Origin: Geosiphon pyriformis uo1 | Taxonomy: Eukaryota; Fungi; Glomeromycota | Assembly (NCBI GenBank): GCA_016748015.1 | Contig: JAAOMT010000227.1 | Location: 121,239 to 185,238 of the forward strand | Direction: 5' to 3' | Length of the DNA stretch: 64,000 bases | Part shown: positions 40,200 to 53,046 of the stretch, piece after piece | Numbering within the stretch: position 1 is the stretch's first letter | Layout of the letters: every line of letters begins with the position of its first letter | The notes under the pieces: model-generated | The model's input: only the letters and a program-made list of their open reading frames with translations | Told to the model about the DNA's origin: nothing | Database searches by the model: none | Position numbers and translations under genes: made by a program

Positions 40200-42880
40200 G
40201 ACTGGCATTCTTATATGTTGTTTGTTCTGACTAAGCTGTAGCTTTTGCATGTTCCAGTCAAGCACAGCATTGGTTTTGACTAGCCAGTCATTATCAATTA
40301 GTACTTAGTATTAAGTAGTTTCTATTACCAAAACTTTGATTGGTGTAATAATACTATTAACTTTAAATAAGAAATTATCAATCTTGTCAATAGAAGTTTT
40401 GGTTATTCTATTAGCTATTATTATCCTGGTGCTGGCAGCATAATTAACTCAGCAACTTAATTGGTCCATGAATTGTTGTGTGATGATGCTGTCTGCTAAT
40501 CCACTATCCAAAATCAGTTTAATAGTCTGTCTATTGACTTTAGTGTTAGTATACATAGCAGTGGTGAGTTTAATATTGAGTGCAGCTCCACTAAAAAGAG
40601 ACATTGTTGATTTTTTAAGTTCAAAGAAAAAGATGGCTGCAAGAAATTTGTCTTCCATAATAGTTGCTGAAGATATATTGCTAGTAAATGGCTCTTAATT
40701 GGTTTTCCAGTTGTTGAATATGGCATCTTCTGAGGTAACTAAGAGACTTAAATAATTATGAGAATTCAAATTTTGATTATACCTAGTTCCCAAACTCCAC
40801 TGTTATAATTCTGATGGTTGATTTGATAAACTGGGGATTGGTTGGTACATAACTATTGCCAATTGCCAGTTTTGTTGAGTATGGGTGATTTTTGGTTTTT
40901 AATTTTTAGATGTTAAATAAGCTGAGTTTAATGACAATGTTTAAATTGGTTGGAGTTGATAAATTACTTGTGGCTGCAGTGGTTAATAAATTACTGGTGC
41001 TGTTGGCTAATAAATTAGAGGTACATATATTGGCTGTTGTGTCATTTGGGTGTAATGAAATTGATATTGATCCTAATTTAGATAATAACTTGGAGTTTGA
41101 AATCTGCAATTAGGGTTTTAGTATTGATTTTCTGATTGTAAGTTATTATAAAATCAGCAGTCAGCTCTTAGATGACATTGTTTGCCACAATTGTGGCAGA
41201 CACACATTTTTTGTTATCATGGTTGATTTGATGATAATGAGGAATATGACTGATTTTGGAAATAATTCATGTTTCCTGGATTATTGTGTCATTGGAGAGA
41301 TTAATAGATTGCCTGATTATTAGCTAAGTATCCTTTTAATTTCTGATTAATTGAATCACTGAATTGTTTCAGTTTAGAATTCAATTTAGATGATCCATTC
41401 ATTACTAGATTTATGGCTTGGGTGTGGTTGGCTTCTAATTAAGTGGTTTTAAAATTTTTGGCATAAATGACTGTGGCTTGAAAGTCTGCTAAATGTAATA
41501 GACATATACATTAGAGGATGCTACTGTACAGGCCTCTAATAAATTAATCCAAAATTTGTGGTATGATAAAATAATCAGCTTGTATTGCTTGAATTTGGTG
41601 CAGATTTCTGTAAAAGTGTTCCAAGTAAGTAGTGACTGCTTCAGTTTTTCCTTGTTTAATAGTAATAAAGGTGTTGGCTAAGCAGTTGATACTGTTATTA
41701 TTGCTAAAATATCACAGAAACTTAAGCTTAAATTTATTGAAATCTTGGAGTTTGTTGACCAAACTTTGATATCACAAGTTGGCAGTATTCTGGAGAAAAT
41801 ATAAAATGACTTGTATGGCTCTGGCATTGTTTCATTCATTGGCTGTGATGACTTTTTTTATATTGTTCAGCCATACTTGTGCATCATTTTTTTCACCAGT
41901 AAACTTTTCAAGCTTGACAATAGATACATATGTCATTGGTATAATTAGTGGTTGCTATTGTACTGGTAGTTGTTGAAGTAAGATTGGCAGCTGTTGCTAT
42001 ATTGGTTCAACAATCAGGTCAATTAGTGGTTGATTAATCATGATTACTAAAGGTAAGTTTTGCTAATTAATAAGATTGGGGTTTGGATTGTGCTGATTTT
42101 TCTGAGTTTAAATATTTAGAGTTTCAACTTCCAGGTTTTCTAAAATCAGGTTGTGATAATAGAATTTTTGATTGTTGTTTTCTTCTTCTTCTGATTTGGT
42201 TATTTCCCAGAAACTCACAATTCTGAAATCTGATTGAGATAGTGGTGATCAAAATCCTAATGGTATTAGTGATCACGATTTAAATCCTTCAAAATAATCA
42301 TTGTAAGTTCCTAATAATTCTGCTTTCTTTTGTTTACTTTGAAATAGAAGTCATTCAAATGTTGATGTCATATTTGATGTAAATATATCTGCTAATGTAA
42401 TATTGATAGTACTTCTAGGTGTGTGATGATATAATAGATATAGTGGAGATTCAATTTTTTGTTTCTTTTACATTGGTAATTGTATTTCTTTTGGAATTGC
42501 TGTTGGTGTTTGTAACTTTTTTTTACTCTTATCTGCATAGGTAATAGAGAATTGTTGTTGAGTATATCTTTTAATTTCTTGATAGATTTCCCTAATGATT
42601 GGTACAAAACTGTGATTTTGTAATAAACTGGTGTGTTGAATTAATTTTGTATAGAAATTTTTTCTTGCTAATTCAATGTCAACTGGTCTTCCTAGAAAGT
42701 CTGTGATTCTTTTGTTGATGTAAAAGTTGAAGGCTGATTCTATTGGATAATGGTTGTTGGTTAAGTCCAATTGTTAGCTGTACTGTTGAAATAAAAATTT
42801 GGCAAATTCTAAATGGTTTGTTCTTATTATTTCTGATTCTGCCACTTTTGAATGATTGCTGTTGGTGCTGGTTCTTTGTA
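40200..42880 (-). pseudogene. G2 gag and aspartic protease
   Basis: KLEKFTGE..DAQVWL gag; knuckle CHNCGKQCHLRADC (~41160-41205); protease IKLILDSG. Confidence 0.85.
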
Positions 42881-42887
42881 GGATTAT

Positions 42888-42905
42888 ACTTTACAGGAAG
42901 CACTA
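42888..42905 (-). other. G2 primer-binding site
   Basis: TAGTGCTTCCTGTAAAGT, 2 nt inside the 5' LTR; equivalent to G1 TGGTGCTCTCTGTGAAAT. Confidence 0.7.
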
Positions 42906-43694
42906 AATGTTACAAGTGATTATTTAGGATCTCAAATCAAATAACAAACTTATAACTTGGTGCTCAATAGCTTCTCTGGTTAGTGATATCTGAAGATTTT
43001 ATGAATTTGAAGGTTTGGTGTTGAGTTCTTTGTATAATAGACAGATATTCAAGTGTTGTAATCCATAAACTTCCTGGAATTACAATTCTGTCAATTTTTT
43101 TTTTAGCATAATAGCCAGTAATTTTCCTGGTAAGCTATTTTCTATCAAGTATTTTACTCTTATTTTTGGGTTTTTTACCAGTCACTTTGATGTTGATAAT
43201 TTCATGCATTAATCTTTAATCAATTAGTAAACAACAAAAAAAACAAACAAAAAAAAGAAAAAAAAAAATACAAGAAAATAAAGAAGTTAAGCCAAGACAA
43301 TTAAGTTAGTATCCTGTCAATAGCCATGATCAAGAGTTATTGTTTCAGTATAGTCAAGTATTAATTTTTATTAACATAAAGTGTTGATAGTAAAAAGTGA
43401 ATTGAAATAGCAAATAGGTATTTATTAATATTTGTAATTTGGAATAATTGGTTAGATAAAATTTAAACTAAGAGGTCTGTCTTTTCTGCTTTTAATGCTT
43501 TTGCTATATATACATAATTTAAGTTCTACAAGATTGCTTATATTCTCAAGTGATGTGCTATGACTTCTTAAGCAATGTGTTTACATGCTAACTATTACTT
43601 TTTTATTGGTCTATCTGTTTTTTCTACTATTTTTCTTTAGACTTTTTTTTTATGAGTAACACTGTGTATTTCAGTTCTCTCATTGTAATTTATT

Positions 43695-44700
43695 TTTTAT
43701 TTAAACTTGACTTTTACTTGAGCAATTATTTCTTGGTTGTAGAATTTTTTTTTTGATTAATTTTTGTAATTTTTGGAACTTAACTTTTGCTTTTGTTTTT
43801 AATTGCTTAAAAATGTTCTGTTTAATTGATAATTTGTTCTTTTTTACAGATAAAACAAGTAAAGATTTATTATTTAAGTAGAATAAATTCTTTAGATTTT
43901 CATTTTGTGTTTCACTATCAATTAATTGCTTATTTAATTTTTCTATTTTTTTGCTCTTTTAACTTGATTTTTCTTCCAACTTTTCAACTCAGGCTTCTAG
44001 ATAAGAAATCTTTACACTAGTATTTTTAAGTTTCTTGTTTTTCTCTTTTATGTCTTCTGTCTGATTTTTGCTTTATTTTTCACCAACTGCTATGACTTCT
44101 TTAACTTGTTTCTGTTCTATCTTTATTCTTTCTTCTAGTTTTTCTATCTCTGTCTTTAAATCTTTAATTCTTTCAACTTTACTTTCAATAATGTCTTTAA
44201 GAATTATATTCTTAGCTGGTTAACCAAAAATTTCATCTTTTTTTTATTTAAGAAAAAATATAAGCTCTTTGATTTCATAATTTTCAATCTTTTTTTAATT
44301 CAGTGGCTAATTCAGTGTCTTCAAAATAATCTATAATAATTCTCTCAAATACTTTTTCTAGATTTTCTTTACCTTTTTATTTATAATTGTGCATAAGACT
44401 ATGTTGAAAACAACCATTTATAAACTGATTTCTTAGAGGTTTGCTAATCAATTTTTTTAAATTTTGTTCAATATTCTTACTACAATGAGGAAATCTATTT
44501 TTTATATTTACCAATATTTGGTAAATTTGGTCAATTGCTTTTTGCTTAAATTCTGCTTCTTTTTGTTCACTTACTTCTAGATTTTTTAATTCAGTAATTT
44601 CTTGTTTTTTATTAGATAATTGCTTTTTCAATGTTTCAATTTTATTGATTAGTTCTTTATTTGCTTGTAGTTGTTTATTTATTATGTTTTTTATGATTTT
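43695..44700 (-). pseudogene. Decayed intronless coiled-coil gene(s), MRE-like, directly upstream of the 43683 start
   Basis: K/E/Q-rich frames (44377-44631). The last frame ends QEIIAQVKVKFK* about 12 nt before the next ATG. Confidence 0.45.
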
Positions 44701-44802
44701 TATTAATTATATTCTTCAATTTTTAATAAATACTTAATATCTTTTTTTTTATAAAAGCAATATTAAGTATATAATTATTTTATTAGTTTATTTTTAAATT
44801 TT

Positions 44803-46560
44803 CTATTCATTGTCAGCATAAATTAGTTTTGGACAAGTAACATTTTTAAATTTATTCTTTACAAATAGACAAATATTATTATAAAGGTATTCTTGTCTTT
44901 TGTAATCCAAAAGAGGTGGTGTTAACACTAAAATAAATAAAGCTTTAATTTTTTCAAAAATATCTGTTCTCCTAATTTTTAATAAATTAAATTCAACAAA
45001 AAAACCATTAGCAACTTTTTGAACTTTTACTGTACCAAAATTAGATGTTTTAAAAAAAAAATTTTGATATTTTTGTAAACTATTTAATTTTTTAAAATAA
45101 ATTTCCAAAATAGCTTTAATATCCAAATATTAAAAAATTTTTCCATCTTTATAATATTGAGCTTTATTTAATTCTGCTGGACTAGATTTTTTTACCACCT
45201 CAATCACATAATTCAAACAGTCTACTCTTGTTCTTCTATAGAGTTTTTAATCATCTTAAAATTGCTATCATATTTGAATTTAGTATGTTCTAGAACCATG
45301 AAATTTAATTCAATGTTTTCATAATAACCACAAATTACCAAATATAAATAAAACCAAACTGTTACATTGTTTTTATTTTGTCCACCTGCATTATTACAAG
45401 TAATCTTTAAATGTTTTTCATCTCTATTTATTTTCTTAATTTTATCAAAAATCATATTAAGAGTGTCATTGAGTTCTTTTTTTATAATTTTATCTTTATT
45501 AAAAACATAATTAATTTGTTTTTTTGCTGTTTTATCTTAAATACCAAATAAATAAACTTTACATAAACTAAAATAATAAATTTTACTTATTTGTTGATCT
45601 AAATAAGACACATGAACATTTTGGGTTTAATTATAACTATAATAAACAGTAGTATTAATACTGCAATATTGTGTTTTACTCTTTGAATATTTTTGGTTAA
45701 CTAGTTTTCTTTGTTCTTTTGCTAATTTTATATTTTTATTATAAAATTTTTTTTCTATTTTGGTCTTGAATAAATGTTCTTTAAATCTTTTGAGCAAATC
45801 TTTAGTTTCTTTTTTTTGGCAAACATTGTAATATAAACTATCTCTAAAATGTTAACAAGTATTACATAGATCAGTTTTTGGACTTATAATTTGAATTTTT
45901 GGTGTTAATTGATGTCATAATTTTTTGAAAGCATTATATTTTAAGGATTTTATATTATTATTATTTTCTTTTATACCAGCCAGAAAATTTTTGTGGACTG
46001 ATTTATAACTCATTTCAGCTGGTAAGAATACAATTGATTGAGTTATTCTATTGATACTTCTTTCTGGACTTGGCAATCTATAGATTTTTGCATAATTTTC
46101 TAGAAAATTCTTTACTACTTCTGTAATATCTTTGTCAATCACTATCTTAGTTATTCATTGAAGTATTTTTTTTATGTTATCATAAACTCTTGGTAAAAGA
46201 CTATTGTTTATCAGATAATTTCTAAGATTCTTAAAATAAGTTCTATTAATGCCCAACATATTGAGATAAGTTTTTTGACAAAAAAGAGTATTATGATCCC
46301 AGTAATAAAAAGTTCTTTTATTAGATCTAGTTTTCTTTTTAAAATGGCTGCTAGCACTTCTTGATCCACTATCTATGGCTTTAAGTTGGATTATTAAAAA
46401 TGTGTTTTTGTTCTGATTTAAAAAAAGCTTAAAAAAATTCTCTTAATTCTGCAAATTCTTCTTTGGAAATTCTTGAAGAACAACTACAATTACATCTTTT
46501 TTCTAAAAAATCAATGGCTTTTTAATATATATTAGAACTATTATATTTATTACTTTTCAT
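44803..46560 (-). pseudogene. Sola1-like DDD transposase
   Basis: SPKTDLCNTC; YYSYN*TQNVHV (eroded YDWAQ); TCNNAGGQNKNN (DNxGGQNKN); FMVLEHTKFKYDSNF (GHT...D); KRQEYLYNNIC...TCP. Family assignment is from remembered motifs. Confidence 0.8.
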
Positions 46561-46989
46561 ATATATACTTATCTTTATATATATAATTTATGTTTACTTT
46601 GTAGGTTTTTTTATTATGTTCAAAAGACATTATACCTGTATTATTACATAAATAAATTGAAAACAAAGTTCTCTTACATACTATCATTAGAATATTTGGT
46701 TCTTACTTTATTTTTAAAAACATCAATTAATGCTTTAAAATTATTTTTAGTCAAATCAACAATTAAAAAAATCAATGAACAAATTATTCTAACTCTTATA
46801 TATAAAATTTCAAAAAACATATTTACAATTAAGCAAAAATAAAATAAAATTTCTAAGCTAGAAGAGTATAATACTAAAATACAGTTATTACTTATTAGTT
46901 ATTCAATCTCTGTTTTTTCTTATTTATTATTTTTTCTCTTTTAACATTTGAAATAATATTATTATTGTTCAAATCATTACTTAAGGTTA

Positions 46990-47290
46990 TTTGCTCACAT
47001 AAAAGTTCATTGATAATAGTAAACACTTGACAAACTTCATTTTTTAGAGTTTCTTAACAAGTACTTATTTTATCAAATGATATATGGTAGATATTTTGGC
47101 TTGTTGAAATTATGTCATAATTTGCTGAAAAAGCAATAAAAAACCAGCTTGTAATATCAATGACAATTCTATAAACACTATTATCTTTATGCTTGTATTT
47201 AGTATTTTCTTATATAAAATATTGTAATTCAATATCTATAGTCTATTAACAATTCTTATACAGAAAAATAAACTGTAAAATACTCTAGTA
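46990..47290 (-). pseudogene. REase-fold (Crinkler-associated type) remnant
   Basis: ENTKYKHKDNSVYRIVIDITSWFFI...TSQNIYHI...VCQVFTIINELL resembles the AMF ..KRK....YGIVT....W.F family. Confidence 0.45.
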
Positions 47291-48175
47291 ACAGCTCCCA
47301 ATTAAACCAAATTTTGTGCTACTCCCCCAAACAAATTCTGCATCTTTGCTTTAGTAATATATATAACATTTTGTTTGTAGTAAATTTGGAAGTTTAAAGA
47401 ATCTTAACCATGTGTTCCAGATGAATGTTATTCGATGCAAACACTAATTTTATCTGCATTCTTCTTAAGTACTTTTCAACAAAAGTGAACAGTGTTGTGG
47501 ATTATGCTAAATATAAATTCAAATTAAGTTGCTTTATTACTGTCACTAAGCATACCCAAATTATCTTGTCATTTTTGAATTTAGAGAACATAAATAAGCA
47601 ATTTGTTTCCAAATTGAAAAAAGTCGCAGTATGTTCTACATATTTTATTGTAACAATAAAAAATAGGTATTTTAAGATTTTTAATTAAAGAAATATACAA
47701 TGTATTATGTGTTATTTTTTCATATAATAACTAATTTTTCTTAATATTTTATATAATAGAAAATACAGCAAATACACAATCTAAAATCAATTCATTATTA
47801 CTGCAGAATAAATAAATCTTATGTTATAAATTTGATTTCAATGATGCTATCACTGAAATTTCAATTACATGATTTTGATTTTTATATAAATTAGTGACTA
47901 AATTTTAATAGCATAATAGAATTTTTAAATGTGGATCATTTTTCAAAAATTGTTACATGGTTATTTATATTATTTTACAATAGTTACCTTATTAAAAATA
48001 ATGCTATTATATGACAAGTCACAGATTTGTATATCAAAAAAAAAATTTTTTTTATAGACATGTAATTTTCAAGCTTTTTTATTATATCCTATATTCTAAT
48101 CAAATCTGATCAAAAGTTTTCTCATAATAATACAATAAATAAAATTTATAATAATAGGAGATTTAAAATGTTATA

Positions 48176-48636
48176 TGGTTGGCTTGGTCTAAAGACCTCC
48201 TATTTTTGTGCCATATGATCAAAAATTTCAAAAATAGCAATTTTGTAATTCATTTAAAATACAATAAATTTTTTTTAAAAATTTTTGAAAATAGGGTTTT
48301 ACGTAATTTGGGGTTTAAAAATTATTTCATACTGCCAAATTTATATATAATGATCATGTGCTAATCTAAATTTAAAAATAATTTTTGTGGTTTGGTCTAA
48401 ATTTAGTAATAATCCTAAAAACCAAATTCCTCATGAACATAGTAAAGTACATGTTCTAAAAAAAAATAGAACTTTACAACAAATAATTTTTTTGAAAATA
48501 TCTCATTATTATATTAAAAATAAAGACTTATTCTATCAACTAATAATACTATTTTTTTAAAAAGTAGGACAGAAAGTGACTTTTATATTTTTAATATTTA
48601 TGCAAAATTTAAGAGATTTTTAGACTAAGCCAATTA
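48176..48636. mobile_element. MITE (461 bp) with ~24-bp TIRs and probable TA TSD
   Basis: tggttggcttggtctaaagacctc versus the reverse complement of gagatttttagactaagccaatta; TA on both sides. Confidence 0.65.
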
Positions 48637-49458
48637 TAATAACACATACAAATTTAAAATATGAAATAAAAGAATCAATAAACTTAACAGTATAAAAGAA
48701 ACAAGAAACTAATAATATTACAAATAAGTAAAAATAAAATATTATTATTATATATTTACAAATTTAATTTTTATGAAAAAATTTAAGAATTGAACTTAAT
48801 AATTACCTTTTTTTTGGATATATTTAGAAATTTAAAATAGTATTATATATTTAGAACAAAGATAATTTTTTACCATTCTTTTATTTAAAGCATTATGAAA
48901 TTCAATTGTCTTCCAACTGGTATCTTTTGCTGCTAAATACAATTCAATATATAATTTGTAATCATTTACAAACTTATTTCTCATTTCAGTTATTTGATTA
49001 TAAAGCAATATACAAAACATGTTATAAGCATGCAAGAAAACAATGCACAAAACATGTAAAATTTGTGAAACAGCATGTAAATATGTTTATTAACACAACA
49101 GAAATGTTAATATTCTATTTACTAATAAAATAATGATTTTTTTTTTAATAAAGACAATATCCTGTTTATATAATTAAAGTAAAATATAATAAAAATAATT
49201 CACAAAATAAATTCCAAATTAATTTTATATAAGACTATTCCTCAAAATAATTAATATATATATATATACACACATATATATTTAAATTTAATTTTTCACG
49301 TAAAATAATGATTAGAATTAAATTTCATATATATTAAGATAATAAATAAATTCTAGCCAATAAACTCAATTAAATTTGTCGATCATTATTGACCAATCAC
49401 AAAGAAATTTTGTTATGCTAATCTTAATGTTAATACAAAATTTGTTTACTCTATAATT

Positions 49459-52127
49459 ATGGCTATGCCTAATGAAAACAGATAACTTATTGATTTTTTT
49501 TTATGAGATCTAACACAATAGTAACCCTGCTTTTCCTCTGTCCATACTCTAAAACAGATTCTTGAATATTTCAATTGCATGTCTTCCAAATGGAATATTT
49601 TAAACTTCTTAGATAAATGTGATCTGAAACAATTTGATCAGAAAATAGGGCTATACCTTAAATCTCTGGAAAAAATTGCCAATAAAGAAAAAGGTAAAAG
49701 ACAATAAAAAGCACTTATCCTGCTCAAAAAATACAGAATGGCAAGTGTTAGTTTAGAACTCCTGTTAAAGATTTGGTGGCATGGGAGGAATCTAGAAGGT
49801 TTCTGTCATTCAAGTCTAGAAGGTAAGCCACAAAGCTAATGTTAGGGCCCAGGTGATCTAGAAGATTGCCTGGTGTTTAAGGCTAGAAGCTAACCTAACA
49901 TTGGCCCCACAGGGCGCGGACAATCTAGAAGGTTGGCCAAGTTTAAGGCTAAAAGCTGAACCTGTGGGATAAATAAAAAAGTTAGGAATTTGTTAATTAA
50001 AAATTTGCTAATTCTTTGAATCTTCTTTATTAAGGTGCTTAATCTGATTACAATTTGGCAAAAAAATAGAAAAGTGAGCATGAATCAACTAGTGCCATTG
50101 GTGAACCTTCAGTTTACCTTCATAATCCAACATTTATAGGAAATCCTTTGGTAAAAAATACTGGAAACATTAATGATAGGACTTTTAAATTATCTGAAGA
50201 AAGTGTGCCAAAAAGGAAAAAGAACAATGATCATAAAAAGATATATGTACACATTTTTTTAGATATATTTATTACTTTGTAATTTTATTCCTAATGAAGA
50301 CCTTAATATTTAGGATAATCCAAAACGAACAAAAACTATTGATAAAGCAGAAAATATAGATGATAGTAGGACAGATTCAGAATATGATAAGAAAAATTTA
50401 AACTATGACGATGATTTAGACTATGATAATAATAATGATAATGTAGATTATAATAACTACGATATCAATCCAAATATTGAGTTATCAGAAAAACAAATAC
50501 CAGTCCAAAATCACTTAAAGTACCCCAATAAAAACAGTTCAGACAATATTTGGAAGTTGCCTTCTGGCAAATCTATTAATAAAATAATTTGTGGCCCTAA
50601 AAATTTGCACAAATTGCAATAGGTTTTATCTTCTTTATTTCTTCTCTTTATGTTTCTTGATCTAACAAATTAGCCCATGTAATTTGTATATAGCCCATCA
50701 TATTTAAGTATTTTACACATTGGATCAAAAATCAGGAAGCCGGAATGGATTAAGCAAGAGAATTGGAATTATTTAAATTCAAGTGTTGAATATTCACATT
50801 ACAATTTATCAACCAAAATTGAAGATCTATTCAATGTACTATTAGAAACTGTAAGTACAAATAGTAAAAATGCTCATTTATTTTAATGAAAATGTTATTT
50901 ATATATTTTTATTATTAATTAATAACAGAATTCATTAAATAAGTATAAAAATTGTCTTTATAATATCACATTTGACCATGAGAAAAATATAAAAATGACA
51001 TTTGTAACAGATGTTCTATTATGGTTGTAAGTATAAAAGTTTTGTAGAAGTACTGTTTATTTCTCACAATTTATTTTTTAATTTATTTTAATTTTAAAGT
51101 GCAAAAAACATATTCAACACTAAAAATGAAGCATTGTTGAGATCATTTATGATTCATCTAGTACTACAATATCTTGTAAATACAACCAATCACATTATAT
51201 ATGTGCCGTATGTTTTTTGATTAAAATATCAAATTAATACTTTCATTTTTCTTTATAATATTAAATATGCAAGTTTTTTCAAAAAATAGAGGTAAGATTT
51301 ATCTTAAAGCTAATGCAAATTAGTGATTATTATGATGTAACTTCAAACCTGATAATGATAAACTCTTGGACATGAAAGTTGATGGTTCTTTCTAGTTTCC
51401 AAATGATAAAAGACTAGAAATTGGCATGGTTGAATTATCTAGTAGATACTTAACCAAGAATACACTTTGTTATTTAAAGAATCACGTAAAAAAAAATTGG
51501 GGATGCCATGATCTCTTTAATAAAATAATTAAAAAATACAATCATGATAACTATAAAATTCTGAAACATTTATGTGTTTGGTTTTTCTATATACATGGTA
51601 AGTTAATAGATAAGCTGAATTTTAATTTTTGCATTTGTTAATAAATTGTCTTTGCTTGTGCATAAATCTTGAAGTACAAATATGGGGCATAGATTTGCCT
51701 GTTGCAAAAACTTATTGAATGTTTCTTATTGATGTCTTTTATCTTCCAATCAGTTGGAATAACCATTATAAACTAGTCCACGCATTAAGGGTTTTGCAAA
51801 ATCTTAGGGTAAGAAAAATCTTCATTCCTTTGTATTGAAAGTATTGAAATATCTCATTTTGATCATTATTTATTTTCATACAGAGAGGTTTAAATGATTC
51901 TCTTAAGGTACTTGAAGAATTCAAAAAGTCACATCACCAAAATACAATTATATGCTTTCAATCTCCAACACTAAAAAGATATATGGGTGATGCTAAGAAT
52001 TCACCACAAAAACCTATGGGAAAAAAATCACATATCATAAATCCAGTAATGCATCACATGTATCATGATCATGATGATTCCAACAATTAATATGATCCAT
52101 TTTCACCATCTCCATCAAGACATTAAA
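49459..52127 (+). pseudogene. Multi-exon Glomeromycota-type gene with C-terminal PD-(D/E)xK-like domain (cargo)
   Basis: EYFNCMSSKWNILNFLDKCDL...; acidic tract; IWKLPSGKS; VDGSF...LEIGMVELSS; QIWGIDLP. Several short GT-AG introns and one GC-donor intron; in-frame stops. Confidence 0.65.
49772..49968 (+). ncRNA. Candidate intronic structured RNA: three abutting three-way-junction units
   Basis: Units 49772-49834, 49835-49905 and 49906-49968. Each has a different outer stem that still pairs, and two hairpins with C(UAGAA)G loops. Confidence 0.7.
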
Positions 52128-53046
52128 GATGAAATTAAAGTTTTTATTTACTATACATTGAATTTAAATTTAATGAAACATTTTTTTAACATGATTATTG
52201 AATTATTGGTTAGCGAGTATGTGTAAAATTTATTTTGCATTCTTAAAATAATATTCTTGAGATATGAAATGGAAATTGTTAAGTCTTACTATAAAAGTAT
52301 AATAAAAAATTAATAAAGTAATCCACAATAAAACTTATTAATCATTATCAAATTGCATAATTTGCAATGTTTTTATTTATGATTTAGTCTTGATTTGATA
52401 CTGTAAACATTCAAATAATTATCACAATTATTTAATGGTTTTAATAAAAAGATAATTTAATTGTTTTAAAATTACAAAAGTTATCTTTTATTTGATTAAA
52501 TTTTAGTCCTTTAAATAATAAAATTACATGTTTTAAAATAATATAAATTATAAATTATATTGTAATAATTAAATAAATTAAAATACAATCTCTAGATTGT
52601 ATGAAAAGCTTATAGACTTCTCAGAAAATACAATCATAGTTAAAGATAACTTTTATTAAACATAATATAAAAATAATAAATAATATAATAATATTCTCCT
52701 CAATCTAACAATATGAATAATAATATAACATCTAAAACCTCTAATAAAATATATGATTACAATTATAATAATATCTTTAATTCTTTAGCACCATAACAAT
52801 AATACTGATTGTTAACAGGATTTTTTTGGATTACCAAATATGGTAATAAAAATTAATTACCAAATTAGAATTATTATATTTTTTTTTTGTGATCAATAAT
52901 AATTCAAAGATTGTTACAGATACCCTGTGATAAACATATTTGATTCATATTTTTTGGAATTTTTGATGACAGTCCGTTGCCAAAAATTTAATACTTTAGT
53001 TATATTTTAAATAAATAATAAGATATAAAAAATCTATTACTAAAAC

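Larger units (their letters stand above)
34003..43661 (-). mobile_element. Ty3/Gypsy element G2, full length (9659 bp), degenerate
   Basis: LTRs 34003-34766 and 42908-43661 (TG..CA); perfect TSD ctgt/ctgt; PPT 34767-34781; PBS 42888-42905. Confidence 0.95.
33418..43683 (-). pseudogene. Intronless Cys-rich + coiled-coil gene (MRE-like), split by G2 (pieces 43683-43662 and 33998-33418)
   Basis: Removing G2 restores MRELKYTVLELEKKSKKTCDFC...CERC...CNRCGKL...CYC...YERQIN. The frame continues through TGA (33567-33565) to ...QLTAQIKIKKTKK-TAA. Paralog at 55385-55981. Confidence 0.65.

Noticed and set aside
49772-49968. CRISPR array, known ribozyme, or heat-shock elements
   Set aside because: Eukaryotic intron context with no cas genes; the variable parts base-pair rather than act as spacers; known catalytic cores are missing; tctagaag lacks a proper TTC half-site.
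49890-50081. 63-aa minus-strand ORF over the RNA array
   Set aside because: No recognisable features; the local conservation follows base pairing, not codons.
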